NCBI GenBank assembly: GCA_020634075.1
Contig: JACKCJ010000013.1
Span: forward strand, 3,298 to 67,297
Direction: 5' to 3'
Source of the DNA: Dehalococcoidia bacterium
GTDB taxonomy: Bacteria > Chloroflexota > Dehalococcoidia > UBA2979
Length of the DNA: 64,000 bases
In this document: one piece after another, positions 19,423-28,237 of the stretch
Position numbering within the stretch: the stretch's first letter is position 1
Layout: the number at the start of each line of letters is the position of its first letter
Notes under the pieces: generated by a model
The model's database searches: none
Told to the model about the DNA's origin: nothing
Seen by the model: only the letters and a program-made list of their open reading frames with translations
Program-made: the position numbers and the translations under genes

Positions 19423-19896
19423 ATGGCAGCGGGACCTGCTCGACCGGGCCTGCGTGTCCTCGTCGCCTTCGACGACTGTCCCAGCGCGTGGCGTGGGTTG
19501 CTGGGCGTCCCGGCGCTCCACGCGGAGTCCGTGGTGCTCCTGACCGTCCTCGAGGACTGCGCCGACCTCGCGCTCGAAGCGGCGGCGAGCCGGGGCAAGT
19601 CGCGCGAGGACACGCCCGAGGCGCGACGGCTCTGGCTCCAGCTGCAGGAGGCGCGGACGGCGCTCGAGCGCGCCCGGGACGCCCTCCTCCGCGAGGGGTG
19701 GACGGGAGACTGCCAGCTCGTGCTGCGCTGCGGCAAGGCCGGCGCCGAGATCGTGAGCGTCGCCGCCGAGCAGGGGTGCGAGACCGTGGTCATGGGGGCG
19801 CACGCCTCGCTCGGCGTCCGCCGGCCGTTGCTGGGTCCGGTCGCCACGGACGTGCTCAAGCGCTTCGACGGGGGCGGCGTCTACCTCGTGCGCTAG
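19423..19896 (+). CDS. Universal stress protein (UspA family)
   Basis: LRVLVAFDD...ETVVMGAHASLGVRRPLLGPVATDVLKRFDGGGVYLV matches the Usp pattern. The start is set at ATG 19423, inside track ORF 19321-19896. Confidence 0.7.
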   Translation: MAAGPARPGLRVLVAFDDCPSAWRGLLGVPALHAESVVLLTVLEDCADLALEAAASRGKSREDTPEARRLWLQLQEARTALERARDALLREGWTGDCQLVLRCGKAGAEIVSVAAEQGCETVVMGAHASLGVRRPLLGPVATDVLKRFDGGGVYLVR

Positions 19897-19915
19897 CTCC
19901 CGAGGCTGCCCGGGC

Positions 19916-20353
19916 TCAGGACGCCCGCGAGCGGTCGTTCGCTCGCTCCCGCGGCGGGTCTGGCTCGTCGCGGTGCCGGCGCATCTCCTCGTGCTTCCGC
20001 TTGAGCACCTCCTCCGGCTGCTCCTCGAGGTCGATCATGTCCCGGTGCGCCGCGCGGGTGGCCTCGATGAGCTCGTCGAGCTTGAGGTGCACCGCCTCGT
20101 TGTCCCGGTTCTGAGTCGCCTGGATCAGGAACACCATGAGGAAGGTGATGATCGTGGTGCCCGTGTTGATCACGAGCTGCCAGGTCTGGGAGAAGCCGAA
20201 CGCGGGCCCCGAGACCGCCCACACAAGCACGAGGGCGACCGCCGCGGCGAAGACCATCGGACGGCCCGTGAAGTGGGAGAAGGCGCGCGCGAAGCGCTGG
20301 AATGCACCCAGCTCGGAGCGTCGCTTCGAACGGTCTGCCGTCGCGTTCTTCAC
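19916..20353 (-). CDS. Low-affinity iron permease family protein (PF04120-like)
   Basis: FSQTWQLVINTGTTIITFLMVFLIQATQNRDNEAVHLKLDELI is a close match to the family core. The start is set at GTG 20353. Confidence 0.8.
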   Translation of the reverse strand: MKNATADRSKRRSELGAFQRFARAFSHFTGRPMVFAAAVALVLVWAVSGPAFGFSQTWQLVINTGTTIITFLMVFLIQATQNRDNEAVHLKLDELIEATRAAHRDMIDLEEQPEEVLKRKHEEMRRHRDEPDPPRERANDRSRAS

Positions 20354-20430
20354 GCGCGATATCTGACCACCGGTGCAGCATCGAGGGAGCGCCGAAGCCC
20401 GTGCGTTTGTGTCAGTTCTATCGCAGACGC

Positions 20431-20913
20431 TTACGCGCTCGCGTCTCCTCCCGCACCGGACGCCGGCAGTCCGATCGTCGCCAGGCCGAGGGCGAGCCCG
20501 ACCTGCGCGAGGATGCCGGATGCGAGGACCGGTGCCGGACCGACGGCGCCCCCCGCAGCCGCGCGGAGCTGGTCGAAGAACGACATCGTCTCCCAGCGTT
20601 CCGAGTACCTGAAGTCGAGCGGCGCCGTCTCGAAGTTGGCGTGGATGTGGCGCCAGATCCCAACGGTCGCGATGGCGACCAGGGCGACAGCCACGATCCG
20701 GGCGAGCCAGAGCGCCAGGGTGCTCGCGCGGAACACGAGACCGATCAGTGCCAGTGCCGCCACGAGGAGCGCCGCCCAAGGGATGAGCTGCTCGAAGCTA
20801 TCCCAGTGCCGCTCGATGCCGAGCTCGGCCGCCGTTCCGGCGATGCCGAGCCCGGCCAACGCGAGCAACCCCGGCCGCAGCCGTCCGTCAGGGCGGGCGA
20901 GGTGTCGCGGCAT
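20431..20913 (-). CDS. Hypothetical 4-TM membrane protein
   Basis: 160-aa ORF with good third-position GC bias. Its ATG lies 2 nt after the stop of the upstream lipoprotein gene. Confidence 0.6.
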   Translation of the reverse strand: MPRHLARPDGRLRPGLLALAGLGIAGTAAELGIERHWDSFEQLIPWAALLVAALALIGLVFRASTLALWLARIVAVALVAIATVGIWRHIHANFETAPLDFRYSERWETMSFFDQLRAAAGGAVGPAPVLASGILAQVGLALGLATIGLPASGAGGDASA

Positions 20914-20915
20914 CG

Positions 20916-21404
20916 CTACGGCAGGCTGAGCGTCGCGACGATCGCGTCGACGACTCCGGGGCCCGGGTTGTACTTCGCGAGTTCACCGCGCAGCTTCGGG
21001 AGGTCGGGATCGTCGTCGGGATACGGGCGGTATTCGTCCACCTCGCGTGCCCAGCGGCTCGCGTTCGAGATGCCGGCAGCCTCGAAGGCGGCGGTCAGCT
21101 CCGCGATGGTCGCGTTGTTGGCCGAGACGGTACCCGTTGCTGCCTCTGTCGGCGTTTCGGTAGCTGCTGCCGTCGTCGTCTCCGTAGCGGTTGTCGTCGG
21201 GCTCTCGGTCGCCGCCTGCGTCGCTGCCTCGCTCGGGGTGGAGGTATCCGTGGCAACCGCACTCGCGGTCGGCGTGTCGGTAGCGTCGTCCGCGCTGGTG
21301 TCGCTGTTACTCGAGCAGCCGGCGACGCCGAGTGCCGCGACGGCGAGGCCGCCCGTCACGAGGAATGCTGCCGTCTTCCGGGTTACGTGTCGCTGCAGGT
21401 TCAC
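20916..21404 (-). CDS. Lipoprotein with T/A/E/D-rich linker and degenerate helix-hairpin-helix (ComEA-like) C-terminal domain
   Basis: The signal plus lipobox is LAVAALGVAGCSS. The C-terminal NNATIAELTAAFEAAGISNASRWAREVDEYRPY resembles the ComEA HhH pattern. Confidence 0.6.
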   Translation of the reverse strand: MNLQRHVTRKTAAFLVTGGLAVAALGVAGCSSNSDTSADDATDTPTASAVATDTSTPSEAATQAATESPTTTATETTTAAATETPTEAATGTVSANNATIAELTAAFEAAGISNASRWAREVDEYRPYPDDDPDLPKLRGELAKYNPGPGVVDAIVATLSLP

Positions 21405-21578
21405 TCAGGGTCCTTCGTACAGGCTTCTGGTGGGGCATGTCGGTACGCGAGGATCGTTCCACCGGGCACGTATGACCGGGATAAGGATTGACGGGAGAGG
21501 TCTCATCGAAGGGTTAAGCGGCTTGCGGGGGCGGGCATAATCGCTGCACCACGAACGTGTTCACGAGAGGCGGTTGCC

Positions 21579-22451
21579 ATGCCCACCGCAGCGATCAACG
21601 GCACCGAGATCTACTACGAGACCTACGGCAGCGGATTTCCGCTGGTGTTCGCGCACGGCGGGTTCGGAGGCCTCGGCACCGGGGCCGGCGGGAACGTCCC
21701 GGCATGGGTGGAGCGGTTCAGCCAGCACTTCCAGGTCATCCTCCCGGACCGACGCTCCTCTGGCCGCTCCGGCTTCCCCGACGTCCCGCACACGATGTCG
21801 CTCTTCGCGAGCGACATCCGTGAGCTGCTGCGTCACCTCGGGCACGAGCGCGCCTTCGTCTGGGGCACCTCCGCCGGTGGACCGATCACGATCACGTTCG
21901 GGCTGGAGCACCCGGATGCGGCTGCCGGACTGGTGGTCGCGGAGACGGCCCCGTGGCTCTCCCAGGATCCCGAGCTCCTCGGCAAGCTCCGCGAACGCAT
22001 CGACATCCTCAACGCGAACGGCGTCGACGCCGCGTACGAGGCGCGTCGCGAGGGTGGCACGGTCGGACTGAATCTCTTCGCCGCCGCGCGTCCGGCGGAG
22101 TCCGAGGAGGAGCAGCGCCAGCGCGATGAGCGCCGAGCGGCGATCCAGGCGCAACTGGCGAAGATTCCGCGCGAAGAGCGCATCTACAAGTACGGCGCCG
22201 AGCTTCGGACGTACGCCGCGCACCTCGACTTCAACGCCACCGCGCGCTTCAAGGAACTGAAGATGCCCGTGCTCATCGTCTACGGCACGGGCGACACCGT
22301 GTATCCGAACGTGCCGTGGACCGAGCTGGCAGAGGGCATGCCGAACGTCGAGGTCGCGCTCTTCGAGGGCCAGGAGCACGGCGCCGCGAGCAACACGCCC
22401 GAAGGCGAGGCGCGCATCCTCGAGTTCCTCCGGAGCCACACGCCGTCGTGA
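21579..22451 (+). CDS. Alpha/beta-fold hydrolase
   Basis: It starts INGTEIYYETYGSG and has a HGGFGG-type oxyanion region. The nucleophile elbow is WGTSAGG. Confidence 0.85.
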   Translation: MPTAAINGTEIYYETYGSGFPLVFAHGGFGGLGTGAGGNVPAWVERFSQHFQVILPDRRSSGRSGFPDVPHTMSLFASDIRELLRHLGHERAFVWGTSAGGPITITFGLEHPDAAAGLVVAETAPWLSQDPELLGKLRERIDILNANGVDAAYEARREGGTVGLNLFAAARPAESEEEQRQRDERRAAIQAQLAKIPREERIYKYGAELRTYAAHLDFNATARFKELKMPVLIVYGTGDTVYPNVPWTELAEGMPNVEVALFEGQEHGAASNTPEGEARILEFLRSHTPS

Positions 22452-22613
22452 CCGGTGCGGAGCGCTGCGAGGCGGAGACCGTCAACGACGAGTGCGCGCG
22501 GGTGCGGTGTGAGCGCCCGCGCGGCCATCTCGGGCTGCACGATGATGGCAACGGCAGCACCTGGCGCGATCCACGCGAGCCCGTCGCCTAGTTCGTCACC
22601 CAGCCCGGGCGGG

Positions 22614-23831
22614 CTATTCGACGATCTGGATGAAGGCGCGGTCGCCGACGGTGATCCACCACTCGTAGCCATCCGCGCTGTTCATGAACCAGATGTCGCG
22701 ATGGTCGTTCAGCACGGAGCCGCCGGTATCGGTGCACTCGTAGACGCGTCCCGTCGGGTCGCCCTCGATGCGGAAGCGCTGGCCGAGCAGCCCCGGCTTG
22801 CAGGCGGCTGCCCCCTCGTGGACGACTTCACCGTTCGCCATGCCGCCGCAGTAGCCGCCGCCGTCGCCGTGGGTGCGCGGGTCGCCCGTGGGGACACAGA
22901 AGTAGTAGGTGATCGACGTTTCGAAGTAGGTGCTGTCGGCGCTGCTCGGCGGCTTGGGCGCGTCTGGCCCACGCTTCACGAATACGACGCTGTCGGTGCG
23001 CAGGTGTCCCTGCTTCAGCGACTGGATGTAGTCCGGCGCGCCCGGCACGTAGGAGAGCCAGCGCTGCGACTCGACGTGGAAGTACCAGACGCTCTCGACC
23101 GTGAAGTCCTGGCCCTGCACGAGGAACTTCGGGTCGGTGGTCCCGGACAGACCGATCGTCATCCCGCCGATGGGCGGTGTCGGCAGGACGCTCGGCGTCC
23201 CCGCGACCGTGAGTGACGGATCGGGCACCGACCCCACCGAGGTCAGCACCCCGCCGCGCCGGATCATCACGATGTCGTCCGGGCCGATCGAGGTCAGTGA
23301 GTTCACGAACGCCGGTGCGCCCGGCACGTACTGCGTCATGCGCTGCGTCGTGACGTCGAAGTGCCAGACGCTGAGCACGTCGTAGGGCTGCGCCGCGACG
23401 AGTGCCGCGAGGTCCGAGGTGCCCGCGCGCCCGAGCGTGATGCCTCCGACCGGGGGTGTCGCGAGGGCGCCCGTGGTGGCGGCCGGTGTCTCGTTGATGA
23501 CCTGCACGTCCGAGGGATCGGTGGTCACGTAGTAGTCGGCCACCCAGCCGGTCAGCGACCCGGCCTGCACCTGCACCCACGTGAAACCGTCGCGATCCTC
23601 GGAGGGACCGAGCAGTACGAGCTCGGCGCCGTGGTCGAGGCAGGCGAGGTCGCCAGAGGAGAGACCGGGGGCGGTGCGGAGTCGCAGGCAGTCGCCGCCG
23701 GTGTCGACCCAGGCCGCGGTCGCGGATGCGAGCGATGGCGCAGCCGCCGCGAGCAGGCCGAGGAGCAACGCCGTCACGAGGAGGAGCTGCCGCCGGCTGC
23801 GGAACGAGGGGATTAGACGCGGACTGCCCAA
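22614..23831 (-). CDS. Secreted protein: SH3b domain + two uncharacterised ~70-aa repeats + C-terminal 3D (MltA/RlpA-like) domain
   Basis: The SH3b-like block is CLRLRTAPGLSSGDLACLDHGAELVLL...GFTWVQVQAGSLTGWVADYYV. The 3D-like C terminus is YFCVPTGDP...GMANGEVVHEGAAAC...GQRFRIEG...YECTDTGGSVLNDHRDIWF. I prefer the TTG at 23831 as the start because it gives a clean signal peptide (GSPRLIPSFRSRRQLLLVTALLLGLLAAAAPSLASA). The track ORF begins at ATG 24011. Confidence 0.75.
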   Translation of the reverse strand: MGSPRLIPSFRSRRQLLLVTALLLGLLAAAAPSLASATAAWVDTGGDCLRLRTAPGLSSGDLACLDHGAELVLLGPSEDRDGFTWVQVQAGSLTGWVADYYVTTDPSDVQVINETPAATTGALATPPVGGITLGRAGTSDLAALVAAQPYDVLSVWHFDVTTQRMTQYVPGAPAFVNSLTSIGPDDIVMIRRGGVLTSVGSVPDPSLTVAGTPSVLPTPPIGGMTIGLSGTTDPKFLVQGQDFTVESVWYFHVESQRWLSYVPGAPDYIQSLKQGHLRTDSVVFVKRGPDAPKPPSSADSTYFETSITYYFCVPTGDPRTHGDGGGYCGGMANGEVVHEGAAACKPGLLGQRFRIEGDPTGRVYECTDTGGSVLNDHRDIWFMNSADGYEWWITVGDRAFIQIVE

Positions 23832-23984
23832 GCGCGTTCTCTCAGTGCATCCCCACCCGCACTGTTGATCAACGCTAGAGGCGCCCCATTCGTGCGGCAA
23901 GGGAGCCTGGGCCCGGACATAACGGAGCCGTGTCGCCCTCACCGTCCACCTAGACTCGGATGGGGTCCGAGTCCGGGACTCCCC

Positions 23985-24683
23985 ATGCGACGACTTCCCC
24001 AGCGACTTCACCGGCGTCCTCGCGGCGTGGTTCGCCCCGGTGCCATGGCGCTGGCACTCCTCGTCTGTTCCCTCGGGGCGATCGGCTGCATCGAGGTGCA
24101 GCGGTCGGTCGAGGTGAGCGTGACCCCCGGTACCGTTCCCGAGGAGATCCGCGGCGCCCGCTGGCAGGAGCTGCCGGTCTCCTACTGCATCGCGGCCGGC
24201 GATGACGACGGGTTCGTGAGCCCGGAGCAGCTGCAGTCACTCACCGCCGACGCGTTTTCCCGCTGGGGCGTCGAGGCGACCTCCAACGGCCCGTGCGACG
24301 GCGCTCCCGAGCGCGGGAACGGGGTGAACGAGATCACCTGGGGGACCGGCGACAGCGCCTCGGAAGGATCCGGAGAGGGCGGTGTATTCGAGGCCGGGTA
24401 CACCCGGCAGCTCTTCCGCTCCTGCCCGGGAGGCTGCGAGGGCGGCGCCCAGAGCCGCATCGTCGAGGCGGACATCCTGCTCGCCACGACGCCGCCCGAT
24501 CGCTTCCGCAACGAGGAGTGCCTGTTCTCCACGCTCCTGCATGAGACGGGGCACTTCCTCGGCGTTCCGCACCTGTCGTCCCCGGCAGTGATGGCGCCGG
24601 CGTCGAGCGACTGCCCGAGCGAACTCACCGATGCCGACCTCGCGGCACTCGTCGAACTCTACCCCGCGCTCGCCGGCGATTAG
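23985..24683 (+). CDS. Matrixin-like (M10/metzincin) zinc metalloprotease, probable lipoprotein
   Basis: HETGHFLGVPH is the HExxHxxGxxH zinc motif, and SPAVMAP gives the Met-turn. The N terminus MRRLPQRL...LALLVCSLGAIGC looks like a signal peptide. The start is set at ATG 23985. Confidence 0.75.
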   Translation: MRRLPQRLHRRPRGVVRPGAMALALLVCSLGAIGCIEVQRSVEVSVTPGTVPEEIRGARWQELPVSYCIAAGDDDGFVSPEQLQSLTADAFSRWGVEATSNGPCDGAPERGNGVNEITWGTGDSASEGSGEGGVFEAGYTRQLFRSCPGGCEGGAQSRIVEADILLATTPPDRFRNEECLFSTLLHETGHFLGVPHLSSPAVMAPASSDCPSELTDADLAALVELYPALAGD

Positions 24684-24689
24684 CGCCCG

Positions 24690-25751
24690 CTAGTCACCAG
24701 AGCCCCGCCCTCCGCCGTTCTGTCCGGGGTTCCCGAAGAAGCCCCACGGGAAGCCGAAGTTGAAGCCCGGCAGCTCGATGAGTGGCTCGTCAGGCGGCGC
24801 GGCGGGAGTCGATGTCTCTGTCGGTTCAGCGGTCGGGCTGGGCTCGACCGTCGGCGTCGGCTCCGGTGTGTCGGTTGGCGTGGGCGATGGAGTCGGGCTC
24901 GGCGACGGGGTCGGGCTTGGCGTCGGCGACGGAGTGGGGCTCGGCGTCGGCGACGGGGTGGGGCTCGGCGTCGGTGACGGGGTCGGGCTCGGCGTCGGTG
25001 ACGGGGTCGGACTCGGCGTCGGTGACGGGGTCGGACTCGGCGTGGGTGACGGGGTCGGACTCGGCGTGGGTGACGGGGTCGGACTGGGCGACGGCGACGG
25101 CGTCGGGCTCGGCGTGGGCGACGGGGTCGGGCTTGGCGTGGGCGACGGCGTCGGTGACGGCGTAGCGGTCGGCGTCGGGCTGGGCGCCGGCGAGGGGTTC
25201 GGGTTCCACGGCGATGGCGTGAACGGAATCGTCGGCACCGGCGAGATTGTCGGTGGCGGAGTAACGGCGGGGGTCGGCGTTGCCGTCGAGGTTGGCGACG
25301 GCGTCGGGCTTGCCGTGGGCAGCGGCGTCCGCGAGGGAACCGCCGTCGCCTGCTGGGTAGGCTGCTGGGTGGGTGACAGCGTCGGCTGCTGGGTCGGCGG
25401 CACCGCGACCACCGAGGTCGGGTTGAGCGTCGCGAACGGGGTCGAGGGAGCGATGGACGGTGTCGCGGTCGGTTCCGGCGTCGTCGACTCGGTCGGCTCG
25501 GGAGAGCCCTCGCTGACGATGATGCGGGAGGGTGGCTCCGGCTCCTCGTCACCCGGGATGGTCAGAGGTGGCCCGGAGCGGTCGCGGTTCACGCTCCGGT
25601 CGAAGAGCGCCGCGGTCGCGACCTGGTCGCTGCGCCGGACCGTGTCCGGTGCCGAGATCGTGTCGACGAGGATCGGTACCGCGCTCGCGAGCAAGCCCAC
25701 GACGAGGACCACGAGCCACTGAATCGCGCGCACGCGAACCTCCGGCTGCAT
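24690..25751 (-). CDS. N-terminally anchored Pro/Thr/Ser-rich repeat (stalk-like) protein
   Basis: It has an N-terminal TM helix ([21 protein letters not shown]) and then a PT-rich region with about 24 SPTP units. The short aromatic/Gly-rich tip is [22 protein letters not shown]. This frame has consistent G/C third positions outside the repeat as well. Confidence 0.65.
   Translation of the reverse strand: MQPEVRVRAIQWLVVLVVGLLASAVPILVDTISAPDTVRRSDQVATAALFDRSVNRDRSGPPLTIPGDEEPEPPSRIIVSEGSPEPTESTTPEPTATPSIAPSTPFATLNPTSVVAVPPTQQPTLSPTQQPTQQATAVPSRTPLPTASPTPSPTSTATPTPAVTPPPTISPVPTIPFTPSPWNPNPSPAPSPTPTATPSPTPSPTPSPTPSPTPSPTPSPSPSPTPSPTPSPTPSPTPSPTPSPTPSPTPSPTPSPTPSPTPSPTPSPTPSPTPSPTPSPTPSPSPTPSPTPTDTPEPTPTVEPSPTAEPTETSTPAAPPDEPLIELPGFNFGFPWGFFGNPGQNGGGRGSGD
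24877..25164. repeat. Tandem 12-nt (24-nt higher-order) repeat, about 24 units
   Basis: GGCGTCGGTGACGGGGTCGGGCTC and close variants are repeated head to tail. On the minus strand they encode (SPTP)n. Confidence 0.9.
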
Positions 25752-25904
25752 GACCCCAGGGTGAGCGAGGGAGAAAGCGATCCAACCGCACCAGGGTGCG
25801 ACGAGCGGACGCGTCCAACACCGCGCCCACTACGCGATCGACGCTAGGGGCGGCGGTGTTGAGGGAGCGTGAAGTGCGTGTGCCGCGGGCGTAGGGCCGC
25901 GAGA

Positions 25905-27290
25905 TCAGGCGGGAGCGGCAGCAGGTGGCGCGCCCGGCACGTCGGGCGGAGCGAGCGGGGCGTCGGGAGCATCGGGCTCGTCGGGTGGCTCGACGGCTGC
26001 GGGCGGCTCGAGGTCACGGCCCATCGCGATGGCGGTGGCGATGTGCCTCGGTCGCCGCTCCGCCCACCGCACCGAGATGAGCAGGAACGCCGACAGCCCG
26101 AAGCCGACCGTGTAGGTCCAGTAGGGGATCGAGTACGACCCCGTCAGGTCGAAGAGCGCCGCACCCCCGATCGAGCCGACGAGCTGCCCGAAGAACGAGA
26201 CGAGCTGGAGGCTTCCGCTGACCGCCCCAAAGTGGCGCACGCCGAAGACGTGGGTGATGAACAACGGCTCGAGCATCGGGCCGAACGCGCCGCCGATGCC
26301 CCACAGGATCACGAACACGCCGATGCCCGCGGTGTCGGTGTTCAGGAGCAGCGCCGCAAGCGCGACGCTCTGCGACAGCGTCACGGCGATGCCGAGGCGA
26401 TATGGCGACTTGTACCTCGAGAGCGTCGCCCCCAGCGGGAGGCGGGCGATCGTGCGGATCGTCGCGGCCGCCGCGAAGACGGCTGCCCCGGCCTCCACCC
26501 CACGGCTCTGGAAGAAGTCGAGTCCGAGGTTCGTGACCGAGCCCTGGCCCATGAAGAAGAGCATGAGCCCGATGCCAAGCAGCCAGAACGCCATCGAGCG
26601 CAGCGCCGCTCCCGCCGTGAACCCCCACGGCTCGACCACCGGCAGCGAGGCGAGGGCGCGGTCGCTCCTGCCGACGCTCGGCTGCATGCCGAGCGCGCTC
26701 GGATGGTCGCGCACGAAGACCAGCGCCACGGTGCCCTGGAGGACGAGGATCAGCACCGCGAGGATGCGCATCGTCACGGGCCAGCCGGTGGAGTGCTGGA
26801 TCGAGGCCAGCAGGGGCAGGAGCACGGCGCCGCCGAGGCTGAACCCGACGGTCACGATCCCGATCGCGGACTGCCGCTGGCGGCCGGCGAACCAGCGCGT
26901 CATGAGCCAGTTGAACGGGATCGGCTGCGCGAGTCCTCGCACGACACCGACGAGGCACCAGCCGAGGTAGAGGTGCGGGAGGCTCCCGGCGAACGAGGTG
27001 AACGTCAGCGCCGCCGGCAGCAGCACCGCGCCGGCGAGCAGCGGCGCCCGTGCGCCGTGCCGGTCCACGTAGCGACCGATGAACGGGCCGATGCCCGCCG
27101 AGACCGCCTGGCCGGCCATGAAGGCCGTCACCACGGGGGTCCGGGGCGCGCCGAGGTCCTCGGCGATCGCGGGGATCCACATCGTCACGGCCCAGAACGT
27201 CGAGGTGTTCGAGACCGTGTTGCAGAGGACCGCCGCGAGGACGAGGAACCAGCCGTAATGGAATGGCAGACGCTGTGCGACCGCCCTCAT
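25905..27290 (-). CDS. MFS transporter with Pro/Ala-rich C-terminal tail
   Basis: 12-TM-like pattern. The start is set at ATG 27290 (MRAVAQRLPFHYGWFLVLAAVL). Confidence 0.8.
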   Translation of the reverse strand: MRAVAQRLPFHYGWFLVLAAVLCNTVSNTSTFWAVTMWIPAIAEDLGAPRTPVVTAFMAGQAVSAGIGPFIGRYVDRHGARAPLLAGAVLLPAALTFTSFAGSLPHLYLGWCLVGVVRGLAQPIPFNWLMTRWFAGRQRQSAIGIVTVGFSLGGAVLLPLLASIQHSTGWPVTMRILAVLILVLQGTVALVFVRDHPSALGMQPSVGRSDRALASLPVVEPWGFTAGAALRSMAFWLLGIGLMLFFMGQGSVTNLGLDFFQSRGVEAGAAVFAAAATIRTIARLPLGATLSRYKSPYRLGIAVTLSQSVALAALLLNTDTAGIGVFVILWGIGGAFGPMLEPLFITHVFGVRHFGAVSGSLQLVSFFGQLVGSIGGAALFDLTGSYSIPYWTYTVGFGLSAFLLISVRWAERRPRHIATAIAMGRDLEPPAAVEPPDEPDAPDAPLAPPDVPGAPPAAAPA

Positions 27291-27384
27291 GGGTGCCCTC
27301 TGTGCCGGAACGCGAGCCCGACGAAGGCGGAACACTATCACGGGTGTGTGGAACGTTCTCCGGGTGAGGGCCCCGGTTCGCGCG

Positions 27385-28161
27385 CTACCTCCCTCGGCGG
27401 CGCTGGCGGTGGCCGTAGGAGCGGATCGCGCGGAGGAAGTCGATGCGTCGGAACGCCGGCCAGAGGGCGTCGCAGAAGTAGTACTCGCTGTATGCGCTCT
27501 GCCAGAGCATGAAGCCCGAGAGCCGAAGCTCGCCCGAGGTGCGGATGATGAGGTCCGGGTCGGGGACGTCCGGCGCGTAGAGGTAGCTGGAGATCTCGTC
27601 CGCCTCGAGGCCGGCGATCAGACCCTCGAGCGAGTCGCCTCGCGTTGCGCGGTCGGCGAGCATCCGGCGCACCGCGTCGGCGATCTCCTCGCGGCCGCCG
27701 TAGCCGACGGCGACCAGCAGCTCCGCCTCAGTGTTCCCGGCGGTCGCGTCCTCGAGGCGCTCGATCGCGGCGAGGGTGCGGGCGGGGAGGAGGTCGCGCC
27801 GGCCGACGGCGCGCACGCGCCGCGGATGCTGGGCGCGCGCCTGCATCTCGAGCAGCCCGTCGATGCGCTCCTCGACGATCTCGAAGATCGCCTCCAGTTC
27901 GTCCTCGGGACGCTGAAAGTTGTCGGTCGAGAGGATCCAGAGCGTGAGCACGGGGATCTCGAGCTCGTCGCACCAGCGCACGAGTCGCTCGATCGTGTCG
28001 GCTCCGCGCCGGTGGCCGTCGCCGCTCGAGGCGAGCTGGGCGGTCCGGGCGAAGCGTCGGTTGCCGTCCGGCAGGACGCCGATGTGCCGTGGCATCGGGG
28101 TGCTGCGGACCTGGCGTTCGAGCTGACGCTCGTACCAGCGGTAGATGAGGGTTCGAAGCAT
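27385..28161 (-). CDS. uppS: Isoprenyl (undecaprenyl) diphosphate synthase, cis-prenyltransferase
   Basis: Motifs HIGVLPDGNRRFA and ELRLSGFMLWQSAYSEYYFCDALWPAF are present. The start is set at ATG 28161, with GGAGGA 6 nt upstream. Confidence 0.85.
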   Translation of the reverse strand: MLRTLIYRWYERQLERQVRSTPMPRHIGVLPDGNRRFARTAQLASSGDGHRRGADTIERLVRWCDELEIPVLTLWILSTDNFQRPEDELEAIFEIVEERIDGLLEMQARAQHPRRVRAVGRRDLLPARTLAAIERLEDATAGNTEAELLVAVGYGGREEIADAVRRMLADRATRGDSLEGLIAGLEADEISSYLYAPDVPDPDLIIRTSGELRLSGFMLWQSAYSEYYFCDALWPAFRRIDFLRAIRSYGHRQRRRGR

Positions 28162-28237
28162 CGTCATTCCTCCGGTGACTGGATGAGTCTGCAAATGACT
28201 CTGTGATGCAAAGTTGAGGCGAAAAAAGAGAGGGCGC

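Noticed and set aside
24877-25164. Possible CRISPR-like array suggested by the regular short repeats
   Set aside because: The units are contiguous, with no unique spacers. They are 12/24 nt long, lie inside a coding frame for (SPTP)n, and there are no cas genes. This is a coding minisatellite.
24680-25722. Alternative frames over the PT repeat: an Arg-rich 290-aa minus ORF, a GV(G/D)-rich 320-aa plus ORF and a 127-aa EPDPVTDA-type minus ORF
   Set aside because: All three stay open only because of the tandem repeat. Only the 353-aa frame (24690-25751) has a plausible TM anchor, sensible non-repeat flanks and consistent third-position bias outside the repeat. The 127-aa frame does share high GC3 inside the repeat, so proteomic confirmation would be welcome.
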